Shown in pieces: positions 1-16,228 of a stretch of DNA of 64,000 nt. The DNA lies in the NCBI GenBank assembly GCA_964016885.1, contig OZ024744.1, positions 86,552,001 through 86,616,000 of the forward strand, written 5' to 3'. Under the pieces are notes generated by a model, which worked only from the letters and a program-made list of their open reading frames with translations, was not told where the DNA came from and did no database searches. Origin of the DNA: Eledone cirrhosa (Eukaryota). Position 1 is the first letter of the stretch, and each line of letters begins with the position of its first letter. The position numbers were made by a program, and so were the translations under genes.

Positions 1-363
1 CTGCAGAGGCGCAAGTTCGAAGGAAGTTGACCATCAACTACCCCAAAGTTCTACGAAACTCGCCTAGGCAGGATTCAAGAGCACACGCTTTGTCCGTTCC
101 CATGTCGATTCAATTTGGATTGCCTCGGAAACATAAGCTTATTATGTAAGAAGCTGTCTGATGATGTCACGGCACTGGGTGCACCGAACCGTGTGGCCAC
201 AGTCGTCATTGAAATATGAATCACAGCATTATCATTAAAGGACTTTAACATCTGAAACTACTTCGCCTTTTCTTATTCGATATATACTCCGTCACTCCTA
301 TGTGGAAAATATACGTTGAGTGCTTGAATTGAATTGCGTCAATATTTACCTTAAGTAAACAGA

Positions 364-586
364 TTAGAGCAAACATCACGGGCGCTCTATCTCAAAATTA
401 TTTTTGAAAAGCATTAGAAATGCGCAACCGGTAAGAACTTAAAACCCAAACTGAATACTAACCAATACTTATTACTAATTTTTACTTATTCCTAATTAAA
501 CTATTTTTCACTGGGAACAATTTGTCAGCATTTTCTTTTCCTTTTTACTAATATATCACAACTCGTGTGTTACACCTCTATTCTTT

Positions 587-590
<4 letters not shown>
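364..590. repeat. Non-coding dispersed repeat ending at (TA)n; inverted copies at 63145-63446
   Basis: aaacatcacgg..ctatctcaaaattatttttgaaaagcattagaaatgcgcaaccggtaa recurs reverse-complemented at ~63145-63365 and forward at 63382-63446. Confidence 0.75.
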
Positions 591-621
<31 letters not shown>

Positions 622-729
622 ATGTATTAGTGAATAGCTATTTTGTAAAGTGACATCACATAATCACCTTTAAGTATAGAGAGTTAATGTGTTGTGGTAA
701 ATAAATATATACATAAGTACCAGGAACGA

Positions 730-3700
730 ACATAATGGAACCAAACTCCGACTGTCACTGGCTCCGTCATTGACGCTTCCCCCATCTCCCACTATGGTGA
801 GCAAATGGGCGTCCCGTGGCCCCGGTGGACACGATATAGAAGGCGTTTCCCCCGGAGGATTGTGGGGTTACGCGTTGGAAGAGCCATTCCAGCTCGTGTG
901 GATCACACCTTGGGAGGTGGCCCTAGTGCCAAGGACACCAGAAGCTTCCACTGTTAAGGGCTCGAAGGTAAACATGTCGGAGAGCGACGGATTTATGGAG
1001 AGTTTACCAACATCGGGCAGAAGTGCAGCACAGCGTGGGTTATTCTAAGACTACCAGGTTGTCCCAGGAGATTGTGTGTCACTGTATGTGGCATCCCAGA
1101 TTAGAGATTTACCACTGCGGAACGGGAATATGGTCATGCACTCTCATCTTTTGCCGTTCCGGCTCGAGCTGGGAGGGGAAGCCTGCAACATCCAGCCCAT
1201 GCTTTATGACCTTGTTGAGAGCAGCATGGCGCGGATGGCAGCCGGCACTGCAGCCTCATGACAGCGGGTTATCCAGCTGTGGTGGTCTGGGACGCGAATG
1301 GTAGTGAAGGTGGAGCTTTCAGACTGGGACATCGCGACCAGAGTTATTCATGCGTCTGGAGTCATTCCTGGGAACGTCTCGCTCCTTAGTGTTAGCGGGG
1401 GACTGGAATGGCATCTTAGATGCACGTTGGGACTATGTAGGAGCTTGTGATAACAGAGGGGGTGTAATAGCCTCATAAACCTCATCAGCCAATTCCAACT
1501 GGCTGATAGATATCGACTAGACTTCCCAAGTGTACCACTGTGGACGTGGAGCAACAGTACTGGGTCTTCTAGATCGTATTTAGATAGATTTTTAATTAGA
1601 CAGAAAGATAAGGAAACATTAAGCTGTCCACAAATGCACATGGTTGCCTATTCAGACCACAAATTAGTCACCTGCGTAGTCAACCTTGATAGAACACATA
1701 GACAGGGACTCGGATACTGGAAGCTAAACATGCCGCTTCCGGATTAGCACCTTAGTTAAGTGCCCGTTGACGGGGGCGATCGTCATCAACAGGTGGTGGA
1801 GCTCTCTCAAGAGAGCAATTAGAATAGAATCGATAGCATTTAACAAGGAAGTAGCTTTAGAAAAAGACAAAACCGAAAAAGAAATGGTAGCTAAAGAAGA
1901 AGAGACCCTTAGGAATGGCAGTACAGCTGACGTGCTAGCTGCGAGAACGGCACTAGACCAGTTCTTCAACGTGAAACACGAAGGTTGTACTGTCAGAAGT
2001 AGAACACGTGCTCTAAGAAACGAGGGAGTCAAAGCTGTTAGCTGGGCCCGAGTGGCAGAGGCGAAAAGTGGCAACAAATCCGCAATTCGGTCCTTGCAAG
2101 ACAAAGATGGACAAATAATTCTACTTGAATCCAAGCAGATGTGCACGGCCTTCAGGCAAAGCGGTACGTCAAGGGAGGTGATGGTCTTCAGCTCCTACCT
2201 CGACGGCGTACCACGATTCTCGAACACGGATGCGGAGAGCTGCGAAAGGTCGATCATAGCTGGCGAAATAGAACATACCCTAGGCCACTGTGGGAAACAC
2301 AAATCAGCCGGTTTAGATGGTCTACCTTATGAGTTTTACATAGGCTTGCCAGACTTGTTCTCTGGCGTCCTCGAAGTGGTTTACTGGAACTGGCAGAAGA
2401 ACGGGAAGAATACCAGTTCTGTGGGCAGAGGCGTAGTATCACTGATCAGTAAAAATGATAAGCAATTTCAGGCCCATAATTCTGCTCAACACAGAGTTAA
2501 AGATTTTGGCCAAGGTGTTAGCAGCGAGGCTGGCGCTTGTAGTCGAGAATCTGGTAGGGGAAGCGCAAACGTGTGCAATCCTGACCAGGTCCATACAAGA
2601 CAACCTCCACCTCATGCGATTCATCATAGAGAGGGTCGTTTGTAAACCTGGCTTCGGTGGGGCTCTGATCAATATAAATCAGTCTAAGGTATTTGATAGG
2701 GTCGACCATCAATACTTGGAAGCGGTTGTCAATGCGGCCTGCTTCGGTCACGTCTTCAGAGGCTGGATCGCTGCCATGCACACCAGCATCTGCTCGGCAG
2801 TCAAGGTGAATGGCTACCTATCGGAGCCCTTCCAAAACATGCGTTCCATCCGTCAGGGGTACCCTCTCTCCTCCAATCTGTATGTACTGACTCTCGAGCC
2901 ATTACTGCGAAAGTTGGAACTGTTGTAGGGCATCCCGATCGAACCAGGACTGCGGAAAGCGCGTCGGCCTATGCCGTGACATAACCGTAATGGTGTCGAA
3001 AACCTCGGATATCGGGATAATCGGCAACCTATTACAGGAATACGAAATATTGACAGGAGCAATACTAAACCCAAACAAGTCTGTCGGTTTGCAACTCGGC
3101 ACATGGAGAGGCAAACCCATGACTTCCAACAATGTCGTTGGGCGCTGGTCGGAAGGACCGGTGAAATTGCTCGGGGTCTGATTTGGTCTAGAACTCCAGG
3201 TGGACAAGAACTGGAACGAAGTCACAGCGAACGTGTTTGCACTGACCCAGAAGTGGGCGGAGTGCAAACTCTCCTTGAAAGGTCAAGCGGAGGTGGCGCA
3301 CACTTACATAGCGTCTGTCATCTACTACCGCTTGACAGTCGTGCTTTTCCCCGCGAATACCTCACCAAAATGGAACGCCTACTCTTCAAGTTCCTCTGGA
3401 AGAAACAGGCTCCATTGGTGAGGAGATCCAGCCGCTGTCAACACCCTTCTCACGGAGGGCTGGGCAAGCCGTGGCTGATGATGCGCAAACACGCGCTGAA
3501 GCTACGCCATCTCCAGGTGTTCCTGACTGTCGAACCGGTGTGGCTCTCGGTTGTGAGACAAGCTCTTCCACAACTCGTCTCACTAACAGAGCTGCAGTCC
3601 TGGGTCAAGCGAAGACCGAAAATGGGCGCCTGGCACATCGAGTGCCTTCTGGCGCTCACAGCCCTCTACCAAGCGGAAACGGCAATCAGCGGAAACGGCA

Positions 3701-4622
3701 ATCAGCGGAGACTCCATTTCGATATTCTATAGGGGATGAGTGGAGGATAAGTGTGACGACGTTTTCAGGGAAACTCTAGGCATTGAGGAAGATCAAATGA
3801 CCAGTCTATTCGGGAGGACTTTCCGTCCAGGGCCTATGGATAACTTCCAGAGGTCTCTGGCCTGCCAGTGATACTGAGGAGCTCTACCAATTCGAGACAA
3901 AATCTACAAACACGGACGCCCTGGCAGATATCCTGCCAAAAGGAACTGTCCAAGATGCGAGCAGGACATCGAAACCGTTCTGCACGCAATTGTTCAGTGC
4001 CCAGGGGTGACCAACCTGTGGAATTATGTCGAACAGCTACTGTCACGTGTAGGCGCATCCAGTTGTCAGCCGAGTCTATCCTGAGGATCACCCCGCCGCC
4101 TTCATTTAAGAATGAAGGAGAGGCGGTCTTCCCCTCTCTGGTGGATATGGCGAAAGAGGTAATATGGGGGACGAGGTTAAAAGGACTGAGGGCAAGCACC
4201 TTTCTCTCTGGACAACAACTCATCCCCTTCTTTAAGTACCAAATCGGAAGGAAGGTGAGAGTGGAGAGAGAGGTGCTACACCCCAGTAAATTCGCTGAAA
4301 GGTGGGTGAATGTGGTGAAATGGCCCGAGTGAATGGGCCTTCTCTGTATATAAACCTGTAGGTTGAGGAAGATAAACAGATAAGATGAGAACACCTACAA
4401 AACGTGTTCCTAGTGTTCAGGGTTGTTTTATCTACGGGGTGTAAAACAATGCCGCTAGCGTTACCCCCCCCCCCCCCCCCCCTCCGCCCTTAATAGGGAT
4501 TTTAATTGTTTCATTTTTATATGGTTTATTGTTATTTATCATTGTTAAGATTTTATGTAAAAACCTCGCCATCATGTCTTATAATGTCCCATTTTTGTAC
4601 GCCCCTGTGGCAAATAAAGAAA
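730..4622 (+). mobile_element. Decayed near-full-length Tx1/L1-clade non-LTR retrotransposon (APE endonuclease, RT, C-terminal zinc-finger region), frameshifted
   Basis: APE motifs translated by eye: LAGDWNGILD (~1390), SYLDRFLI, YSDHKLV, GYWKLN (~1715). RT motifs in ORFs 1767-2928: KSAGLDGLPYEFY, NFRPIILLNTELKILAK, KVFDRVDH, SIRQGYPLS. Broken SAYA(D)DIT at ~2962. 3' end AATAAAGAAA at 4613-4622. 5' boundary uncertain. Confidence 0.9.
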
Positions 4623-5145
4623 GATATCATTATCGAGCTGTGTGCCAGTAGAAAAGGAAGGCAAGGCATATATATATATATGTGTGTGAGCATGTGCATG
4701 TTTGTGTGTATGTGTGTGCGCATGTGTGTGTATGTGTGTGTGTATGTGTGTGTGTATGTGTGTGGTGAGTGTCAATTCATTATGGTTCATATGAATGAAA
4801 AACAATTGCGCAGCATTACGATGCGTGGTTTGACAATCTGACAGGAGAGCGATATATATAGAATAGAGTCACTTGGCAGTATGGCCCCAAATCTTATCTG
4901 ATGAATTACACATGCTTTCGTCTTGAAACCTCTGGTAGTCCAGAGTTAAATCTAGCATTTCATATATATTTTATAAAGATTAAACTGTAATTATTAAAGG
5001 AGGGAATTTTAACTAAGATTAGTATATTTACCGTGAATGGGTGCGCGGCTTCTCTCTACGAGCCTTGTTTCTGGGTTACTACGGGTTAGTTGATGGCTAG
5101 CAGTTAATGCGATCGGATCTAAAACAGTTCGATCTAAAACAGACT

Positions 5146-5470
5146 CTTCTTCTTCTTCTTCTTCTTCTTCTTCTTCTTCTTCTTCTTCTTCTTCTTCTTC
5201 TTCTTCTTCTTCTTCTTCTTCTTCTTCTTCTTCTTCTTCTTCTCCGCCCATTTATTCCCGAGAGGGTCGTTGGAGCAGAGTCCTCAAACAATCCTTCCAG
5301 CAGGTCCTGTTAGAAGCAAATATCTCCAACTGATCCGGTTGGATCAGCCAAGTTCATGGATGTTGTCCAACCAGCTAGCCTGGGTCTCCTACCTGTTGGT
5401 TTTTGTCCGTAAAATCTGTCTAGTGATTCTTTCCTGAGACATTCTAACCACATGTCCATAGTATCGTCAG
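5146..5470 (-). mobile_element. RTE-clade LINE 3' end with (GAA)n tail
   Basis: Minus strand gives, with a stop and a frameshift, RYYGHVVRMSQERITRQIL..PTGRRPRASWLDNI, followed by the (GAA)n tract at 5146-5243. Confidence 0.7.
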
Positions 5471-6087
5471 ATTCTGTTGTTTATTTTCGCAAATCCTTTA
5501 CCCGTCATCCACAAAGTAGAATTTACCAGTCTCAATATGTGTGCATGTGTTTCCAAGTGTGCAGATTACTCCGACGGTTCAGAGTTGGTTATTTATTCCT
5601 AATGAAATACGCTTCCGTTAATGTTTAACCCTACCTTACACACACACACATCTCTACCTACAACTCTATCTTCACATAAACGAACAATAAAAAAAAAAAA
5701 TGTTAACATTTCATCTTGATTATTTGATCTAAGTATTCCTTCCTTCCAGCTCTCTAGATCTTAATCCTTTCACGTCACGTCTATTTTCCTTCTCAATCCT
5801 GAATTACGTAATTACACTTCCAGGGACTACGCACAACTACAGCGTCTTCACAACCCACCATATATATATATAAATATATATATACAGGGTCTCCCCAAAA
5901 AATATTTATGCACTTCAACAGCACTCTAATCAATATGTCTATACATTTTCAGGACACCTTGTATATATATATATATATATATTTTAAAAGGTCCGCTGTA
6001 CTTACAATATGTATCTTTACCGCGCGGTTTCAAATCCCAAAATAAATAACCATTTATTTGGGGATTTGAAACCGCGCGGTAAATATA

Positions 6088-7695
<1,608 letters not shown>

Positions 7696-8142
7696 ATATA
7701 TATATATATTTATATATATATATATATACATATATATACATATATATATATATATACAATACATAAACAGAGAAAGCCTTAAGCGATACTCCGACCAACT
7801 CCATCTCACTCAACAAACATTAGGATATACCTAAGTATTATCCCAATTTAGTGTTTGGGGTGCTAACTAATCAGTATTTCGTGGATAATTGGTTGCATTA
7901 TTTTATATGAGACATTATTAAATAAATACATCTTTCCTTCCAGACGGCCGTTTCGTTATAAGATTTCTACAATTTGGGATAAATTATTTCCAGGTTATGT
8001 AGAAACTTGTATATAATCCATAGTTTTATACACAAGCGGTCTCTTATAAACTCATCAGTGGATGCCCAATCAATATCGATATAACAATTATATCGACATT
8101 AACAGAATGGTTATAGTCTCCTTATATATATATATATATATA

Positions 8143-8201
<59 letters not shown>

Positions 8202-8381
8202 ATTCTGGACACCGATGGCTGAGCTCCGGTCGTTTCGACAGCTAGTTCCAAATCTAGCTGTCGAAACGGTCGGAGCTCAGCCGTCCGGGTCCTGAATCTT
8301 TTCATATTTTCTATTCTACTACCCCGAGTACTGAGAACTCTAATGGGTTATACTCCACCTGGTTTTTTTACCACACCCTAT

Positions 8382-8449
<68 letters not shown>

Positions 8450-8596
8450 CATATGTGTGTGTGTGTGTGTGAGTGTGTAGACACATATATAAGCATCGGA
8501 AATTGTTGAAACGAAACTTTCAGTGAATATGAAGAAATAGAAAAATGGAAAGTTCAAACCCATGGAGAAGCTGTTTAAATAGCCGAATCTCGTTAA

Positions 8597-8812
8597 TAAT
8601 GGTTTCTACATTTGTCACAATGCCAGCAATTTGAAGGGAAAGGGGAAGTAGATCAAATCCATACCAGTGCATTACTGGTACTTTATTTTATCGACCCGGT
8701 AAGGATGAAAGGCAAAGCTAAACTCGGCGGGATTTCAGCTCCGAAAGAAAAGGACCGTAACTTAATGCCACAAAGCATGTTGCCCGACGCTCTACCGATT
8801 CTACCAACCTAA
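8597..8812 (-). mobile_element. tRNA-derived SINE (family A)
   Basis: Shares the core ccagtgcattactggtactttattttatcgacccggtaaggatgaaaggcaaag..ctcggcgggattt with more than 12 other copies in the window. Confidence 0.85.
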
Positions 8813-9369
8813 TAGAATGGAAGTCGAGTATATATACACTACAGACGTAAAATGGTGGTAATTTGTCACCACGGGGAAATGGAAAGTGTAGAGGTCTGGT
8901 AGGGGAAACGTATAGATGATTGTAACTTTGGTCCCTACCAGTTTACTTTTTATTCTTCTTTCCTTATCACACTTACATGCTAATGCACTCGTCTATTAAT
9001 CACTATACCTTTCACCCAAGCGACCTCACAAGTTTATGTTTTGCCATTAGCTGCCATTAGCCACCATTTTCCTTTCTTAAGGATATATATATATATATAT
9101 AATAGAAAAATACAAGGAAGTTTCGTTTATATACGAAATATATTTATTGCATATCGATCTGTTACGCGCGTTTCGCAGAGGATTAGCTGAAGCTAACTCA
9201 TACCATCTCTGTCTGACGACCGATCCAGACGTATATTATTATTGTCTTGTATCCAGAAACCTTTGGTAATTGAGTAGTTATATTTTCTGTTGTTCACTTT
9301 CTAATTAAATAGCTTTGTTCTATACATAGAGCACTCTTTTTTTTCTTTGCTTTTCCTTCGGAATTACCT

Positions 9370-9491
<122 letters not shown>

Positions 9492-9505
9492 CACACACGC
9501 GCACG

Positions 9506-9542
<37 letters not shown>

Positions 9543-9567
9543 GCGCGCGCACACACACACACACCCC

Positions 9568-9599
<32 letters not shown>

Positions 9600-10509
9600 C
9601 TTGTTTATATATAACAGAGTTATGCATAATGACATGACTGTTGTTTTTGTGTAAATAACATCTGTGAATTTCAAACCATTGGTTCTAATTTTACACCAGT
9701 GATGTCAGAAAATAAGACTGATTTTCTTAGAATATCAGAACTTTGGCTTTAGACTCCGTAGACCATTTTGTTTTTTGTTTCATTGATGTTGACTGTTTCA
9801 AGCTGGAATGTACACTTTGAATTGTTCGTCACATTTAAACTGTAAAAGTAGTGTTATTGTTTTGAAATCCAATCTTGCATATAAACAGCAATGACAATAT
9901 TTCTGTAAATATTTTTATACTAAAAATATAATCAAACCTTGTAATTTATAATGGTTTGGTTTTTGATCATAACCATTTTAGATTAGATAACACCTGAAAA
10001 TAAAAATAGTAAATTGATACTGAGTAATTCCGAAATACTTAGTTTTTATTTTGCAGCTGTTTTTGTTGAACACGTCATCAATTAATATATTGTTTCTAGT
10101 ATACTTCTGCATTGCCAATATATTTAGAAAGGAAAAATGATCGTGTTACTTTACCTTTTCTAGGGTACCATTATTTACTAGAGTTGACCATATATACAAA
10201 ATTATAACGCTACAAGAGACAAATGTTGGCTCTCAAAATATTATGGCACATTTAGCTTTCAGATAGAATTCAGAAAAGAAGGTTTGAAATTCTAGTACAA
10301 ATGAAATAAAGTTTCATCTACTAGAATTTTCAGCCAAATCGACTTTAATAATTCCTTGCTGCCTTAAAATGGAAAAGAACATTGCATAGTGTAGGTCTAG
10401 AATTACGAAAGGACTATATAGTTGTAGCATAATCATGTCCAGTCTTTGGTTTTCTCAATCAGTAAATTAGAAATTCGAACATAAGCAATTGCTCACTAAA
10501 CAGAAGAGT

Positions 10510-10675
10510 AATAATGATTTCTAGAATAGACACAAGGCCAGCAATTTAGGGGAGGGGAAAGTCGATTATATTGACCCCAGTGCATTACTGGTACTTTATT
10601 TTATAGACCCCGAATGGATGAAATGCAGAGCTAACATCGGCGGGATTCGAACTCAGAATGTAAAGGTCCGTAAAC
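10510..10675 (-). mobile_element. SINE family A copy
   Basis: Same core. B-box-like gagttcgaatcc on the minus strand. Confidence 0.85.
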
Positions 10676-11070
10676 CAGAAGAGTAATAATAAGACATATA
10701 GATAATGACAGCTGGCTAAATCAATAGTGAACCGATTGTTCGAATCCAGTAGGTTGTAATGTGAAATGCATGTAGTTACATTCTTTCCGACCTGTCTTTT
10801 CCGTAACGCAGTAGATTATAGTGCTTAGATAAAGGTTTTCATACAACATATAGAAAGGTTGAGTGAGATGAGGGATTTAAAGTTGAGTCATTTGTATGTT
10901 TCGATATTATTCTAATTTCTAATTTTTCTATATTACTGTCATGTCTTTGTCTGGCGTGTCCGTATAGTACTGAACCGTTTTTTCGTCCTTTTAGTTACCC
11001 CCAGTGTTATTCTATTCTTTCTCCTATGCTTCGAGCTGTCTCACCTATGTATGTTGCTCTCAGACAAGAA

Positions 11071-11125
<55 letters not shown>

Positions 11126-11407
11126 AACAAAAATGGCGTAGACATTACAATACAATAGGAGGGAACATAATAATAGTTCTACTGATGATGTTGCAGATGT
11201 GCAACGAAACAACTTTGTTACACTATATATATATATATATTTATATCTGTATTTCTAACCGTTGGTCAATCAATGATAAACATTAATTGCCAAATAAATT
11301 AACTATGGAGATATAAAAGACACAGAAGCGAAAACCAACCAACAGTAAGTGTGTTCTGTTATTATTTCTGGCAATGTTATTACAACAATATGACCCTCCC
11401 CAAGTAT

Positions 11408-11459
<52 letters not shown>

Positions 11460-12089
11460 GAAGTATTTCCGTTGGAAAGGTACAGGAAAAAAGTGTGCTC
11501 TATGTAGGCTACAGAGCTTATTAGTTATGTATATTATTAGTATGTATATGTATATTATTAGTTATTTTTTAACATAGCTAATAAGCTCTCTAGCCTACAT
11601 AGAGCACTCTTTTTTCCTGTACCTTTCCCCCATAACTATATATATATATAGAGAGAGAGGAACACATATATACACGTAGATATAGATATCTATATACATA
11701 TATGTACATGTGTGTGTGTGTGTGAGAGAGAGAGAGAGTGTGTGTGCGTGTATATATATGTGTAAACAAAGAACAGAAGATGAAACATATTCTCAACGTG
11801 CATATTATTTATATACACATTTCCGCATCTCAGTTAAATATTAACTACCAAAGTAGGCTAAAATATGCTAATTAGTACGTCCTTTCGAGATTTACGCATT
11901 TCCGTGTGATTATTTGAAGAACATATCCTCTGATGAAGACGTCGATTGGCATAATAATTTAACGAAGAATATTTATAATTTGCTTTTATTTAAATTTACA
12001 GGGAATGTGTAAATTCGACAATGTGTATATTTGTATACATATGTTTGTAGTTTCGGTTAAACTGTGTACTGAATAACGACTTATGACCT

Positions 12090-12720
12090 AGCACAGCCAG
12101 CTTACCTGTTTTCAATCTCCTCTAACCGCACCCTCATCAATTAAGTCATCCGCAAGACAGTAGAAGCAGACTGGCACAGAGAATTGGAATCAGTTCTTGC
12201 CGATTAGGTTGATGAAGGTCGTGCCGGCCCCCAGTATGTAGATGTCCAACGAAACTGGGACGACATTAACTGCAGGTCAACCTTCAGGTGGATCGAGTAT
12301 TCCTTAAACTAACATCATCGCGCCTGTCCCCGCATTGCTCGCAGCCAGACAAGGGCACAACACTTAATTTGGTGTCCTAATTATAAGAACTACATCTTAA
12401 CCTAACTACCCTTCTTGATGATTAGTGACCTCGCATTCAAAGGCCCCAGTGCATCGGAGTTCACCTGTGTGAGCCAAACAAATGCCGCTGTTAAGGATTT
12501 CGGTCAGCAGTCGCTATCCTGCCAAAATAAGACTTATCGCTTCCGACAACACGCCTCTCTGAAGAGGTCTAGATACTGCAGGTTTTCCAATAAAACTGGA
12601 TCCAGCTGGGTGTAATTGCAGCGGGGGTCGCTGGTCAATCACCACAGTATTGCCTTTGCTATTTTTTCCGTGGAGTTTTGCTGAAATATACTGCTCAGAT
12701 TCAGTGTTTCGCTGCTTAAT
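12090..12720 (+). pseudogene. Possible highly decayed LINE C-terminal (CCHC-like) fragment
   Basis: GC-richer island. Translation with stops gives ..HHRACP..AQHLIWCP.., reminiscent of LINE C-terminal zinc-knuckle regions. Confidence 0.3.
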
Positions 12721-12880
12721 TTTTCTTTTTCTCCTTTTCTTTTTCTATATTTTTCCATTAGTTATTGCTTCTATATACTGTACAGTGTATATGTAAATAA
12801 ATAAATAAAAAACAAACATTTACCGTTTTACAAGAGCCTTTTCGGGACATAAGGAATATATATATATGTATATATACATA

Positions 12881-12929
<49 letters not shown>

Positions 12930-12955
12930 GAAAGGTCATACTTTTTCCTATATAC

Positions 12956-13003
<48 letters not shown>

Positions 13004-13079
13004 GTATATAGGAAAAAGTATGACCGCGACGGGAGAGCTCAAGACGTTTCGACGGTTAATTTGTAAAAAAAAACCTCAC

Positions 13080-13130
<51 letters not shown>

Positions 13131-13319
13131 TATATATATATAAGTATATATATATATGAGTATATATACATATATTTGAGTCCAGAAATAGCCGTCGAAA
13201 CGTCTTCAGCTCTCCCGTCGTGCTCATACTTTTTCCTATATACGTATATATATATAAATTTAATTTATAATAAATTGGAGTGAAAGCAACTGGTGCGTGT
13301 GTTTCTTATTGGCAACATG

Positions 13320-13350
<31 letters not shown>

Positions 13351-13355
<5 letters not shown>

Positions 13356-14500
13356 CATGTTGCCAATAAGAAACACACGCACCAAACTTTCACTTCAATT
13401 TATTATAAATTAAATTTATAAATTTAAGAATTTATAAATTTCCGGTTGGTTGGTTGGTTCCACAACCGGACGATTGTTCATATATTGTCAAAGTTCTTTC
13501 GTCACACATTATGTGACCTCTTCAGTGACTGGGGATTCTTTTCTTTGTTTTTGTGCCTGTCCTTTGTTCTGTCCTACGCCATCTTGTTTTTGTGTGTGTT
13601 GTGTGCTTAGTATGCGCATGTGTTACATCCGGGTGTCTGTGTGCTTAGATTTGTTTATTTTTTGTTTATTTACATGTTACTGGTTGGTTGTTTGTTCTAT
13701 GTGTGTGTGCGTTTTCATTTTGTCCTTAATTGTAAGTTTCGATGTTGCTATTCCATTCATGTTTTCTATTTAATTTTGGTTGGAGTTCATTTATGTTTAT
13801 TGCCTCTGTGATTTGTCTAAACATTGCGTCTTTTCTGTGTGTAGATTCTATTTTTATTTCTATGTTCTCTAATTTACCCTTATGTTCTATTTTAGCATGT
13901 TGGTGGAGTATTGATGATTCTTTTCTATCTTGAAGTTCTCGCCAGTGTTCATTTATCCGTTCTCCTATACTACGAGCTGTATCACCTATGTACACTATTT
14001 TCTTATCTCTACATTGTCCTTCAGTACATCTTAAGCTACATACTACATTTCTAGTTTTACAGTTAATATGGGGTCTTAGTTTACATATTATACATTTCTT
14101 ATCTATACAGGGATGTCTTTGAAAAGGGTATGTATTGCTAATAAGTGTTTTTATGGAGGTATCTGGTCTTTCTATTATCTTAATATTGAGTTTATGTTTA
14201 TCTAGGGCCCTTCTAAATTTGTAAGCTAGTTCACCTCTAGGGGTTGTATTGATGAACATTACACTCTGGTATTTATTGCTCGCATACCATGAGTTTATTC
14301 TATTAACCCTATTCCTAGTTCTTTCTATTCTATTCCAAAATTTGCTCCTATACAAGGGGCAGGTCCCATTTGTATCATTATTTACCATTTTTTCCCATTT
14401 GGTTCTGGTTCCTCTATATACTCTGATTTTATCTCTATATACTCTGATTGTAACCAGAGAACTGCATAAGGTGGATGAAGTGTTGTATGTCTCTCTCTAG
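13351..14500 (-). mobile_element. Penelope-like element 3' part: GIY-YIG endonuclease ORF (13726-14388) plus pseudo-LTR
   Basis: CIDKKCIICK..NCKTRNVVCSLRC..C..YIGDTARSIGERINEH..HAKIEH..RQITEAININ..LNRKHEW. The downstream region is duplicated in inverted orientation at 14621-15130. Confidence 0.85.
13487..13529 (-). ncRNA. Hammerhead candidate HH-1, mirror copy
   Basis: Reverse complement of 14948-14990. Confidence 0.7.
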
Positions 14501-14620
14501 TTCTTTGGGGTTGCACATGCGGGACACGTTTCTCATCACCCGTACCAAATCCGCAATCAGTATGTTGATTTTAGTGTGGTCCGAAACGGGCTGAATTTCG
14601 GTGGATCAGATATCAGAAAT

Positions 14621-15130
14621 AAAAATAGAATCTACACACAGAAAAGATGCAATGTTTAGACAAATCACAGAGGCAATAAACATAAATAAACTCCAACCAA
14701 AATTAAATAGAAAACTTGAATGGAATAGCAACATCACAACTTACAATTAAGGACAAAATGAAAACACACACACATAGAACAAACAACCAACCAGTAACAT
14801 ATAAATGAACAAATAAATAAACAAATATGAATACACACAGACACTCGGATGTAACACATGCGCAAACTAAGCACACTACACACACAAAAACAAGATGGCG
14901 TAGTGCAGAACAAAAGAGCGGCACAAAAACAAAGAAAAGAATCCCCAGTCACTGAAGAGGTCACATAATGTGTGACGAAAGAACTTTGACAATATATGAA
15001 CAATCGTCCGGTTGTGGAACCAACCAACCAACCGGAAATTTATAAATTCTTAAATTTATAAATTTAATTTATCATAAATAGGAGTGAAAGTAATGATGCG
15101 TGTGTTTCTTATTGGCAACATGACCCTCCC
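14621..15130 (+). repeat. Inverted copy of the PLE 3' end/pseudo-LTR (mirror of ~13351-13860)
   Basis: ORF 14734-15027(-) starts identically to 13450-13773(+). Further family fragments at 24545-24950, 31200-31520 and ~45400-45435. Confidence 0.9.
14948..14990 (+). ncRNA. Minimal type-I hammerhead ribozyme candidate (family HH-1)
   Basis: gtca CTGAAGA g gtcaca-taatg-tgtgac GAAA gaac TT tgac. Stem I gtca/tgac, 6-bp stem II. Confidence 0.7.
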
Positions 15131-15197
15131 AAAGCATAACAATATCGGTATATATACATATATATATACATATATGAGTATATATATTCATATATGA

Positions 15198-15232
<35 letters not shown>

Positions 15233-15581
15233 CATATATATATACATATATGAGTATATATATTCATATATGAGTATATATATATATGAGTATATATATA
15301 TATACATATATATATATACATATATAAGTATATATATATATGAGTATATATATATACATATATTTGAGTCCAGAAATAGCCGTCGAAACGTCTCGAGCAC
15401 TGCCGTCGTGGTCATACTTTTTCCTATATATATATATATAGTAATAATAGTCAATTTGAAGACTAAATTCCAAAGAGTTTCAGAAGATCCCGTTAAGGGT
15501 GAAAGCAGCGATTCTTTGCTTAAACTTTGATCTGTTATTTTAATATATCTATATCTATACTCAGATTACATTTATTATATA

Positions 15582-15694
<113 letters not shown>

Positions 15695-16228
15695 AATGTA
15701 ATCTGAGTTTTTCGAATATTAATAATAATATTCGATTCGTTGGAAATTATGCAAACAAGCCTCATTTTTAAAGCCATGTCAGTAGAGTGAACCCTTCATT
15801 CTTGCTCTTGTGTTGGTATGTAGAGCAAACATTTTATTTATTTATTTATTTATTTATTTTATTTATTTTATTTATTTTATATATATATATAGGTATACGA
15901 GAGTAAGCTGAGTATGAAGGAGTGATGTTAGAGCTATGAAATCTTGCATTAAATTATTTCAACTCTTTTTATTAATAGAATCTGACTGTTCAAAGAAGAC
16001 TTCAAAAGTAACTAGTAACGACTTCTTTCATATAAAACACTACACACATTCTGTCGTAAGCAACTTCTTTTCGTAATAGATTTTTCATAATTCTCTTATT
16101 GTTAGATTTGGGATTTCCATGAATTATCCGTTGATGTGAACATAGTTTCAAATGCAGTATTTGATGACATGCAGAACTCTATTGTAGACAACCAAACGCA
16201 TTGTTTTTCTCTTTTCACATTTGTCAAA

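Noticed and set aside
11928-11950. CTGATGA motif (also ~8050-, ~25500-, ~32563+, ~37530-)
   Set aside because: Stems or GAAA are missing or poor; at best eroded relics, so not counted.
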